Below, piece after piece: positions 26,386-38,291 of a DNA stretch of 64,000 nucleotides (positions are counted from its first letter, which is position 1; every line of letters begins with the position of its first letter). Position numbers and translations under genes: made by a program. Source of the DNA: Phoronis australis (taxonomy: Eukaryota > Animalia > Phoronida). The notes below the pieces were generated by a model. It was not told the origin of the DNA. It did no database searches and saw nothing but the letters and a program-made list of their open reading frames with translations. The DNA lies in NCBI GenBank assembly GCA_002633005.1, contig NMRA01000398.1, positions 257,202 to 321,201 of the forward strand, written 5' to 3'.

Positions 26386-29300
26386 TAGCAAAACATGTTT
26401 TAACTTCTGAAAAGATTCATGGCAATTGGTCCCACCTAATGCTTCACATTTCGTTCTCTTGGAATAATTTTTCACCTATTCCAACCGCGGTAATGCGTCA
26501 ACTTTGTTTTCGTTCCGCTTCGTGGTCGGGCATTCCCCACCATGACGATTTTCGATTAGACGGCTACCGTAGCGGCAGATAGACGGACGTATCGATCGAC
26601 GAGATCACGTCACACATGCTTGCTAATTTGTCTACTTCTCAGGCGCGCATAGCTTCGTCGTACGAAACTCAGATATATAAAATTGTTTAGTCTATCCGAG
26701 TACGAAATTCGCGGTCGAGTGCCCACGCAGCGAGCGCATGGCGTCAGCTGTTTTTCTTTATTTTACTATTTTCGTACATTCCTTGTTCATTTTGGTGTGC
26801 TTATGTCTAAGCCAGTCACTCTAACAGTTGTCGTTAGCCGGTTACGTAGGGTCATTTTCATCTGCAACGCGGGAGCCACTACACTCGGGCTATTAGTAAA
26901 CAGTATCGGTGTAACTGCGCCAAGTTTTCGAAAGCGCGGCACTGTAACACTAGTGGGATACTTCTGCCCGTTTAGGCGTATACCTCATCTCAGCTTACCA
27001 GTAGTGTCTTACTTACATTTTAACACAAGATTTTTAATTTACGATTTCAAAATCTTGTAAATTTTCCTTTTGTTAACCTATATTCCACGCAAAAGTGCCT
27101 AACCTACCTCCTAAAATTTCGTCACCGAAGCACACTGAGATTCCACTATCCCCAACTCAGTTGGAGTGCTCATTGACCCAGAGTTCATGGTGATGGGCCA
27201 GCCTGTGGTTTCACTCTCATGTCTTTACATAATAACTTGTTGCATAGTGTTGATGACCTCGTGCCACCAATGGAACTGTCTAGACTAAACTTTCACGACG
27301 CCTTAACCCTAGGCTCAATTGCATTTACTGACTAGATGTGCCCATCTTTTCCTGACATCGCCGGCACAAATGTTATTTGTCTTCTTGCTCCAGTTATTCG
27401 TTGAACACATGGATATGGTGCTAGGCCTTTTTACTGGCAAACATATTTTGTAGACCTGGTTACTTTCTGATTTGTGTTCTTGATGTTGTCTATTTTATAT
27501 GACTTTTTGCGGTATCATTATTCCTGAGACCCTGTTGCCGCCCTCTCGTATGGTCGTGTTGTGCAGGATTTTCTAGATACTTTATTTTTCTTAGCCATAT
27601 AGTAGACATGCAAGTTTTCGTATGAAGGTCTTCCTGTGGCACATAGCTTGATCCACAGTAGTTGCGTAACTACATAGCAGCCCTAATATGTAACAAAATA
27701 CGGTTTACTTTCAATAAAGTACTTCAAAACTGCCAACATCGTGTCTTTTTCTTGTGCTCGAAACTCGCATGCCACACCACTTTGATTTTTACCCGGTACA
27801 TTTATATCCAAGTTTCCCTGCCCGTTAATGGTTTATCTGTCCATGCAATACTTCGTTTCGATATTAACCTTCCCCTGCAGGTTATATGTTGATGTTTTAC
27901 TTTCTGGTTCTGGGGATGAAACATTCGAAAACTTGCTAAATGGTATCTCCAAACCAGCCCATGGGACTCACCCGAAATGGAAACCATGCTACCGCCGTTG
28001 TTCGTTAGTCTAAACGGGCTTGTTTTTCAATATCATGTCATAGAAATTTAGCGTTTTAATTACTGATTTTTATCAAACTGTCGTTTTTCATATCAAAAGC
28101 AGCGTCAAATAAAAAGCACTTTTTGAATACTGATTTTAGATCTGTTCATGAATCTTTATATGAAATGACATCTACCATGCTGATGGCGCTTTACCATTCC
28201 GCACCATCACTTCTTTCCTAAATTTAACAAAACATAACCAAAAACAATTAATAAATACAAAATATAACATCCAAAATAAAACTTTAACAATCTTTCTGGT
28301 TTCAGAAAACATGTCCATTTTCTGAGTACAATTTTGCAGCGAGTTTCCCTAACAGCACATGCTTCTGGCAGAGGTTACTATCCAGCCATTGTCACACCGC
28401 CCACCTTTTCTGGTTCGCAAGTTAATCGTGCCACTGCAATACCAACAGTTGCGCATAATCTCTTGACCTGAGCACATAGGAACCTGAACGTCAGTTATCT
28501 TCAGCTGAGCTACCCTAGCTCCTACACGGTGCATTAGATTCGTACTACTCGGGGGGCGGCCGCACTAAACTTGGGTATTAAAGTGTGCACTAAACCGGCT
28601 TAATTTCGCCAGGATTTGCTGCGATTCGAGTGAGTATGATTTGGGTTTTGGGGGCGGCTTAGACCCGGGGAAGGCCCGGTCGGGAGCGTTGGGTGGCCCT
28701 ATATCATGCGATGCTCGGGTGGGAACCACTGCAGGTCCTCCAGGTATGTTTATGCCTGCATTGTTATGTAATGCAATTTCCCTTGTAGTAAAGGCAGGAT
28801 TGTCTGGTAAGTGGGTGTGGTATGGTGTCAGTAGAGGTGCCGGTAATGTACAGCAACCACAACTCCGGCTCTATCGTAAACTAGGGTGTGGCTGGGTTTC
28901 GAGCTCTGCGGGAGCGGTACTGCTCATCGTGAGGTATCCAAACTGTCCTCGTGGGCTATGCCCCAAGTCGAACGCCGTGCCTGCACTCCGGAAGGGGGGG
29001 ATGAGCTTCAATGATTATGGAGGCAAATCCGGGAATGGCATCGGTCCCTTTCCCATTGCTTCCGACTACCTTTTTCACTCAACCCCTGCCACTCCTCTAC
29101 CAGGGTCACGGCCCCCACGCGGGTTGTGGCGGTGGACAGGATTGTTCATCCATGAACAACCCTGCCCGTGTGGCACATACTGAGCCACAACACCACGTTC
29201 CTTACAATAGCTCTTTTATCACTCCGGCTGGTCTGCTCACTCAGCTTGTCCGGAACCTGCTTTGCAGGTTGTTATAGCCCAGTTGGCTGTTTGGTGTACC

Positions 29301-30301
29301 CACTTGGTACTTTATATGATATTTGCCCATTTGGCAGTTTATACCCACTTGGTACTTGTTATTGAATTTGCCGTTTTGCTCGACTCAGTTGGTAGGCAAT
29401 CGGCCAATACCCATTTTGTATTATGTACCCATTTGGTACTATGCTAACCTGTGCCACTTAGTATCCGATACTCAGTTACACTTTGGGTATCGGAAATGTG
29501 TGTGTTATCTCTTGTAATTAAGGAACCCATCTGGTTCCTTCTGTGAAATATTTATTTGTAGAGCTGTGACCCTGAAATTCCCAATACAACTTAAAATATA
29601 CATTATTGTTGTTGTTTTATTTGTCCCCAATAAATAAATACATGAAGTTATGCACATGTAGCACAAAACATAACAAAAACAATACAAACACATTCACAAG
29701 CACACAATAGATTTCACAGAGTACAATATCATAGTGAGATATGATGATAGAAAACGTGTGAAAATTGATCCTCATGGTAAGGTTTATTCCCCCAGTATTT
29801 TTGATAATGAGACTTTATAATAAATACATAGAGACACTGCACACACGGTTCTCATACAAAAACAAGTAGAAGGAAATTTTAGGTTAATTACATTTCAGTA
29901 AAGAGACTTGGCTTTGTACTGGGCGTCTAGGACTCGTTGCCGAGGGACCTGAACTGAGCAAACAGATTACAACGTAAATAATTAAAATGCCTGCACTCTG
30001 AGCCTACACGCAATCAAGAGCACTCTCATTAATAGCTTCTCCAGGTAGATTGCCCAGCATGAAGCCACAACGCTTAGGTCAAAAACAGAACACAGCTACA
30101 AGAATAACACAACGCGACACGGTTGTCACGAACCTTGACATAACCCTGATTTAAATGTAAATTTACACACGCGCAAATATAAACCTGGAGTGCGTGAATA
30201 CAGTTTAAATTTGCATAAGGGGGTAAAAGCAAGGTCACTACGTCATAAGTGTCATTACAAAGTTATGTCTGTGGTACCATTTCTTCGTAAAGCAACACCC
30301 A

Positions 30302-30372
30302 TTGCTGCTGCTGCTGTTTCTGCTGCTGTCTCTGCTGCTGCTCCTCCTGCTGCTGCTACTGCTGCTGCTGTT
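30302..30372. repeat. Imperfect (GCT)n microsatellite, probably inside a non-autonomous Helentron-like element (~30270-30900)
   Basis: Trinucleotide run followed by a duplicated GCCATTTTGTG..TTTCCGGAT unit at ~30397 and ~30705. Confidence 0.6.
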
Positions 30373-32839
30373 GCGACTACGGTTGTGGAACACAGTTGCC
30401 ATTTTGTGAGAGAGTTTCCGGATCATATCTAGAGAATGCATTGACGGGTTTTAAAGGTGCGCGATGTCAAAGCATCGGAACCGTTTAGTTTTCGAGCTGG
30501 TTCAACTATCGTAAAACCTCTTAGTGCTCATTTTGTTATCGAAAAGGGTTTTTCAAGGGTCTATGTAGGGTAGAGCGTACCAGGATGATATCTACAAAAC
30601 CGGTTGGCGGATTAGTTTAATGCTTGACATAGTGTTATATCATAAGATTGCATGAGGACCATTTGATTTTTGGCCGGTTTCGTAAATTTCAGTGCCTCCT
30701 AGTGGCCATTTTGTGTGACAGTTTTTCCGGATATATAGATGATATGTACAGAAAGGATGGACGGATTTCAATAAACTCAATACAATGGTGGGTAATACCA
30801 ATGCATCAGCACCATTAAGGTTTCGAGTGGACTTGACTACCATAACGCCTCCTAGTGCCCTAGTGTTTTCGAGGATGGATTTCCAAATGTTGTTTGGGGA
30901 AGATCAAAACACAAATTACGGTGTTTTCCCGTTGCTCCCAACTTGTTCGATTCTACAGTGTATAGCCAAACAACAAGTTGGGAAGTTTACCCCTGTAGCC
31001 AATATCTTACACGACTGATTAACTGCATTCTGGCATCCATGATTGGAGGGCCAGCTGTCTTTTGTTCGATAATTGCTCTAATCTCCGATCAGATCGTATC
31101 TAGCCTTACTGGGCTGTTCTGCTTAAATGAAAGTTAAGATATAACATATTTGAACATAAACCAATAACATTTCTGGATTCCTTGTTTAGTTTTTTAATCA
31201 CGAAACTCACCCAACTACTGTACAAAAGAAGATACATGTAAGACAGTCTATTCTGTCCAAACGGATTACCAACGTACTGAGTTTGACTGTGTTCATACGG
31301 GTTGGGTAAGAGTGTGTAACCACAAAATCTGCAATTTTGACTATTGGTTCTCACAACTATTACCAAAAGTCTGCTGTAATGAAACGAGGTCGATCGTTTG
31401 AGTTTGTGCAAAAATAGTACACAAGCAAAATTTTGAAGAGTTAAGAAAAATGAATCAATTGTATGTAAACAATTGAAAAAAAATCAGTACTGGTACATGT
31501 GCTTACCCACCGAATTCGAAAATGTTATTCTCATAAAAACGCTGGCGTTCACGCTTATGGGGTCAGCTATGCCGAGGATGCGACTTTATTAATATATCGG
31601 GCCGCTGGGATCCGTTCCTCAGTGATGCGTATACATTTTTTCGTAAATCCAGAACGAGTGATCCTCAAAAGCCGGACTTCAAATTTTTCAAAGTCAGCGG
31701 CTTTAATGAATAAACCAGTTTGCGAGCTCCTCGACTTCTCGGTGTAATCATGCAAGCTGGGAGTCACTCGAAATTGAAGATAAATCTTTCATGGAACAAT
31801 TCCAAATGCCGATAAAATGCTTATTGACAAACGGAGAAAAAAGACACCTCGGTTACCATTGTTTATTCATTGTTGATTAAATCCTCAACCCGGTGTCGAA
31901 AGTAGTTCAACCAGGTTTCAGTAACCCTGTGAAGCCTTTGATATAATTGGCCTGCTTGTTATCATACGGGACAAAAAAACTGTGCTGGGCAGTAAACAAA
32001 GAGTCAAATGTTATCGCAATCTCAGCACCCCTCACGTCTGGAAATGTTGCTGAACGACAGAACGCCGTCTTGAACCAACACAAAGCTTTGAAATGTAAAC
32101 ACGGCTGTACTGCAAATGGTGCGCTCCTAGAATTAAAAATGGCGCACAGTATGTTGTATGCTAGTGGGGGAATTCAAAATCGACAGTATAAGTTCGGTAT
32201 AACATCACTTTAAAACGAAAATTTTCGCCGAATCCATTGCACCATGGAACCATGGCGTGTATCTCACCATTCGCAGCCTGAAGTTCTAAGGGTGAGCTAA
32301 ATTGCACTACCTTAATGACAAAAAGAATTAAGCATATGTGTAGGAAAATGACACCGGGAAGGATTTCGGCAGAAGTCTGACAGATATCAGCAAGAGATGC
32401 AATTGGTAGTGAATTTCTTTCTGTAGTTCTTATCAAACCAAATAACTTAAAGGAATCTTTGCCACCAAACAATAGCCGTTAACATTTTTCGGCCTTAAAT
32501 CCAATAGTGACAGTTTAGAGAGTTAGAGGGACACCATAGGAAGCAAATGTTTTAAATGATGTCCGCTTCACCGTGAAGTAGAACTCGCCACCTATTCAGC
32601 CCATACATGCGGCTCAATCAAGTTCGTTAAAACCGAAAATGTCTTAGTAATAAACATCTAAGTTCACACGATTACTCCCAACAAAGGAGACTATGTGACC
32701 TTTGTAGCTATTAGACGAAAGACGTTCGGTATCTGATTTTGGCTGCTGGGGCCTCTAACAAAGCACACGGTCCCCACCGAGTACAAAAACCGTCACAGTG
32801 TTCTGACGCCGATTTTTGCTGCTGTTTGACATGCTTTTG

Positions 32840-32945
32840 ATGAACGTGAAAAATCTGCTATAAATGTGCGGTCCTGGTTTTTTGTCGAGCATTGTGTTCC
32901 CGGTCATTGTAAGGCGAGTGCGCTATGTTTACAATTCCATTAAGC
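32840..32945 (+). promoter_or_regulatory. Putative core promoter of ENaC copy 3 (TATAAA plus conserved 17-mer)
   Basis: TATAAA at 32859-32864. TTTACAATTCCATTAAG at 32928-32944 is identical to the motif upstream of copy 2. Confidence 0.5.
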
Positions 32946-33047
32946 AATTATTATCGATTACCCATGTGGTTTGTAGCCTTAATGGAAAACCATGAACTGC
33001 ACATGTATAAAATACTATCCTCACCGCGTAGAACTTACATAGCTGCG

Positions 33048-33263
33048 ATGGCTATGGACAAAACACCAACACCACCAAGAGACCGGAAGCAAACAAATAA
33101 AGTACTACGGATTAGTAATACCGAAAAAATGCACTGTAGTAGCAACGAAAAGATTATGAAGAATACAAAACACCATTTGGCTGAGTTCTGCGACACAACC
33201 TCCTGCCATGGTGCGTCTCAAATATTCAATGACAAGTATGGCAAAGTGTCACGGATTGGAATG
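33048..33263 (+). CDS. DEG/ENaC channel copy 3, coding exon 1
   Basis: MAMDKTP...LAEFCDTTSCHGASQIFNDKYGKVSRIGM. Donor ATG|gtaagt at 33263/33264, phase 0. Alternative in-frame starts exist (32925, 33129, 33156). Confidence 0.85.
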
Positions 33264-36200
33264 GTAAGTTGCTTGTTTCAGTATGATACAACGGCATTTA
33301 ACTTGAGCGATTAGTGTTATTAATTAATTGATTGAATTTTTAAACACTGTGGCAAATTACTAGATTTAAATAAATATACATCAAAACTTCTTGGACTCCT
33401 GTCATGGAAACTATAGGCTAAGATTTAGACTGAAGACCACTTGAAATCGAGGTTTAGGCCAAGTTGAGACCTCACGATAAAAGAGTCAGAGAAGATAAAT
33501 TCGTGAGAACACAGTGTACGAGAGCATGCAAACTACACCTTCCCAATGCAATGCAAATTCGGTAAACTAAGCGAGGTGTTGTGTGAATTACGGTTTAGAG
33601 AATTATCTTGGTTTCGAACGTCTAACTTGGGCGTGTTGGATACATTTGGGATCTCTAACATTTAGGTATAGAAAACCTTGATGTTGCTAAATCATCAAAT
33701 CCAACTGCATTTTCTCTACAGCCTTTGCCAATGAGGCTATTTGGAGAGTTCTCCTCGCCTGTCGCTGTTGTAATAGTGGTGATTGAATTGCGCATGCGTC
33801 GCTGTCTGCATGTAAACAACTGGTAAAAGATGGAATTATCATCAAAATACGTCGTCGCGCTAAGCCTTATTATTGCTATATTCCGTGGTGCAAGTCTTCG
33901 ACAGGTGGTCACAAATTCCCAAAAGACCTAAGGTTACTATATTCGTGTACAATTGCTGTCAAAAGGGTCAACCAACCGACAAAAAGTGTGTGGATGCTAA
34001 AGCCCCTTGTGTACTCTATGCATTTCCATTGGGAGACTACATAACATTACTTGGTAAGTTTTTAACAATCCGTTTTTATCGACATCGTTCGGTGATGTTA
34101 TCCCTATCAGTTACCCCACTGAATAACGGGTTTATTGAGTGGAGTTAAGAGTTTCTTTTAGGAAACTCACCCGGGACTCTGATGCCGGGTAGGCTAGCAG
34201 CACATATTCATATTGTCCTGGGTGGGAGTGCGCCCAATGTAAGAGGTGTAAGGTACGTGACGCTCAGAAGTCAAGGGTGACTTTTTCACAACATTTTCTC
34301 TTCAAAACTATACTGTGTCCAATAAAATTCTCTAGATGAGTGAGTTTCCTTGTTTTATAGCGCACCCCACCCTCAGGGCTACCAAATTAGCTACCGAATT
34401 AACATGAATAAGCCTTAATTCAGTAAATGTCGTAACATTGCATTGGAATAAAAATTGACACCTAAAATGAATTTTACTTGTTGAGATCAGAAGCACAATG
34501 TGTCATGAATAATACACATTGTTAAATCACATTTAGCCTGTTTCAAATATTTTAATTCAAATATCAAATAAGATTTGAGTACAAAGGTTATTAGTTTCTA
34601 CATATACCGGTAAGAATGAATATGAAACGTCAAGTTTGTTCTGCCTTACAAAATAGTTTTGTCTAGTGTTTTCTTTTACAATTCGCTAATATTTCTCCGA
34701 CTATTCTGTTACAGGTGAGAGAAAACAACCGCCCTTTGGACAAAGTGAAAAGCAATCAACTTCAGCAATAATCTGAGAGAATTGAACGTAATTCATAAAT
34801 TCAGCACTTGGTTTGCCTGGTTATAGACACTGTCGCAATGTTGTTTCTTTGTATGTACATGTATGTGCCTTTTCAGTTTGCCATTTTGTTTTTAAGTACA
34901 CTGATAATTGTTTAATCTCGAATCTTGTGCATAGCAGATTCTTATCCAGTTAGCTACAATTGAAAACATACTTTTCTTGCATGTTCATAAAAAAGTTAAT
35001 ACAAACCTTAAAATTGTGCAAAGGCCTTCTTAAGAAAGCTCTAAAATATTTACACACAAAAAAATCAAATGCAAACAAAGGGAATGCTTCATTTTGATCG
35101 CTGTACATTTCTATAGGTCAAAGGAAAATGACAATTCGCAAGCGTATTCGGCAATCATTTCAGCTTGATAAACAATAAGCACAACTGCACTATGGGGCTT
35201 TAAAACTGAATAATTATTGTGGTTTCAATAATTAGTGACAAACTTGCCTGTTGATTAAAAATTTATTCGATCATCAAAGTGTAACATTAACAAGCTTTGT
35301 ACTGACAATAAGACAATTGATGCAGTCACTGAATGTCATTTCCCCATAATGTGTACCAATTTTAAAAGTTTTTACCATTAGTATAAAGCCTTTCTTCTAA
35401 CAGGAAAAGTTAATGTAAATCAGTGAGAAAGGACTGGCATTTATACCAGAAGCTTTTGGTTTTCATTTCTCTGGGATCTAAATTCAATGGCTTATAGAAG
35501 CGTGTCATGCGACGGATTGCTATTTAGTTATAAGCCTTTCTATAGATGTCGCTGTCGTTCGTTTTATCGGTCAGTGAAAGTGGCGTTATTTTGTTGTAGT
35601 TCCACACAGTTGAAAAATATATATAAACATCGAGTCGCTCTCGCAATATTTATCGCATTTTATTCCCCGAAACGCATTGCAGAGACTATTTATTGTTTCA
35701 ACGTGTGATTCCATAACAAAGCACTTGTAAAAAAGGTCCAGTTTTGACAGGTGGCTTTCTTTCATGTAACCTCGTCCAGCATCAATAACATCCACAATTA
35801 GACTCTTGAAGGTAAACACAACACCATATCACTTGAATGGTTTTGAGCCCAAAATCAGACCCAGAACTAAACCAGAGTATCACTGGGTTTTTCTTTAGCT
35901 TCAGTCCCTCATATTTCTTCCAGGAAAGGAAATGAGCTATTATCCACACATGACTCATTGCCTATGAAAGGTTATCATTGCCAACAACGCTTATTTGTGA
36001 AACAGTCAGATACAGTTCCTTTGAATACACAAACAGCCCACTGGCACGTTGTCTTATGGCAACTTAGTACTGCGATTCACATTTCTCAAGGGCCACTGAC
36101 TTGTACATGTACATTGTGCCATGCAGCACTGCCGGTGTGTGGAAGTGCTGTGGGAAGAGAACAAAGTAAGAAAGCTTGTCCATGATAAGGTTTGAAGTGG

Positions 36201-38291
36201 CCTCAAAATGTCACTAAACCTGGAACAAATATTTAAATATGAATAATTAAGTACTCCAGGTTCGGTCAAAAATGCTACCCCTGTTTTTCAAAAATATGAT
36301 GTGGTGACTGCTCTACAGTTTCACATAAAATTAAATAATTACTATTTTCAGAAACTAAAGGTGTATGTAATAAGTAGTGCATAAAACTCTTTATTTTTCA
36401 TTCGTAGCCATAAAAATTCGTTAAACACAACAATTGTCTGCAAATTATACAAGTTTTTTGAGACAACGTTTAACCTTTGTTACCCATTTTCATGCCTTTG
36501 TATTTTTGATACTTTCAGCAATTTTAAACTCCGATTACAGATTCATGGGTCTGTCAAGCATACTTCTAGTCTAAGGCTGAGGGAACCGTTTCTCAGACTT
36601 TCAATTTTTCTTTTATTAGAAGATATGAAGACTTGGGTCATTTAATATGATGGATAACCTTTCTGTTGTTTAAGAGTAATTACAAATCGAAAGGCACCAT
36701 CAAAAATTCAATTTTCACAAAAATGGCATTCATTTCAATTTATAACGACTTGCAACATTTCAAGGCATGAGTTAAGACTACCCGATATTCGGTCACTGAG
36801 AATTCAGAAAATGTAATATATTTTCATGGGCTTTCAACTGATAGCAAAACAGTTTCAAGAAATAAACATGAAGGGACTTCATGACAGTCAAGAATTCCCT
36901 CACCACGCTCTTTCCCCCAACCATGTATTACCTGTTACTTCCACACATTCAGTTGCACCAAATTTTGCCACCCCAACCCCCTATGCCAATCCCCCGCTAA
37001 GGACCTGAATAAGTAAATTTAGCAAAACGACTTACATACCTTTCTTTAAAAATACCTGTTCCTTTTCAAAGGCTTTGGTCTTTGTCTCCGATATAGAAAG
37101 TAGACTTTGACAACAGATAAGCACTAGGTGGGGAGATTTTACTGGTTAGCTGCAGTCAAATGCTTAAAACCAATGTTTGTCCATCTGGTACGGCGTAGTT
37201 GCGAAGCATATCTCCTCTGCTCTGTACAAGCCCTCAAACCTAAAAAACAAAGGTCACGTAAAAACAGACCTGATAGATTTCCTTTTCAACGTGTAATAGA
37301 TTTCCGGAAGACATATGATGGGGAGTAAACAAATAGTATATTGCAATGGATATTTGTCACGTACCCTTTGCCAATGGGCTTGGATTGTAATCTTACCTCC
37401 ATTAACCAATATCGAGTTGACAGCATAAACATTCAGCATTGAGTGGTGTAACTGCCACTGATAAACCTGTTAGAAATCATTCCAAACAATAATAATGCTT
37501 TGGTGTACGAAAAGATCCCGAGTGCTACGTCAAGTATCGTGGCACATATCACAACAAACTAAGATAAACCCGACTGGCGACTGCCGCAAAGTCGACATCG
37601 GCGAGTACCTCTGTTAACAGGCATCAGTAGAATAAACATGGAATAATCGTTGAAATAATCACAAACCTTATCTTTGTATAAGGTCGTGCTTACTTTCTCT
37701 CATAGAAACACCCTTTTCACGCAATCTCAGATTCTGTTGGCACGGCTGCAAGCCATTTCACCATGTATTTAAAAGGCTCGCGAAATCGAGGCTGTTCATC
37801 TACCACCACTAGTACACGCGCGCCCTCTAGTTATTGTAGATTTTCCAAATTGCCCCACTGTCATATCGAGAGCAGGCGATATTAAGGTTGATATTGTTCA
37901 GGGACATTGTATAATGAAACATATCAACGAAATTTGTTCCTCGACAGTTTACAGTGGTGGCATGCCACTTAGACCAAAAGCCTAATTTTAAGCCTACACG
38001 AAAGCACGTTAACTTTTGGTCTTTAATATGGACTGGAGTCAGTATTTTGGTCTGGGCGTTCAAATGCACAGTATCATCCGTCTGCTCAATCGGTGTACAT
38101 GTAGTGCTGTTTGCTTCCAACGGGCTTGTCACCAGTAACACTACCTTACCCTCGACAAAGCCGCAGGCGTACAACAAGACCACCGCAAACAGGATGATTT
38201 GACTCTAACAACATTTTGTTTGAAATTTACGTCTTGGAGATGAGCTTACGAGCTGCGTAAGGCCTAAACTTGACTTAATCCTTCTTTTCAG

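Larger units (their letters stand above)
24881..29633 (+). mobile_element. Long (4.75 kb) copy of family A carrying DIRS/Ngaro-like coding remnants
   Basis: Left ~320 bp matches 44720-45042 and right ~460 bp matches 19251-19715 and 44386-44704 (reverse complements). Inserted 4 bp upstream of the L1 ORF2 ATG. Weak + strand remnants: HSVDDL (~27245), PVAALS (~27535), YTVH*IR..GAAALNLG (~28525). Confidence 0.65.

Noticed and set aside
28641-29183. 180-aa GC-rich ORF
   Set aside because: Lies inside the family A element, starts at TTG and has no recognisable domain; likely a chance ORF.
30190-30441. Poly-Ala / poly-Ser ORFs
   Set aside because: Produced by the (GCT)n microsatellite.
30900-32600. 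Coding-looking DNA and several 80-100 aa ORFs
   Set aside because: No motif could be assigned with confidence; probably old transposon debris.
32670-32745. Similarity to 46976-47050 (TCCCAA.AAAGGAGAC...) as a shared ENaC regulatory element
   Set aside because: The positions are not homologous relative to the genes; more likely fragments of a dispersed repeat.
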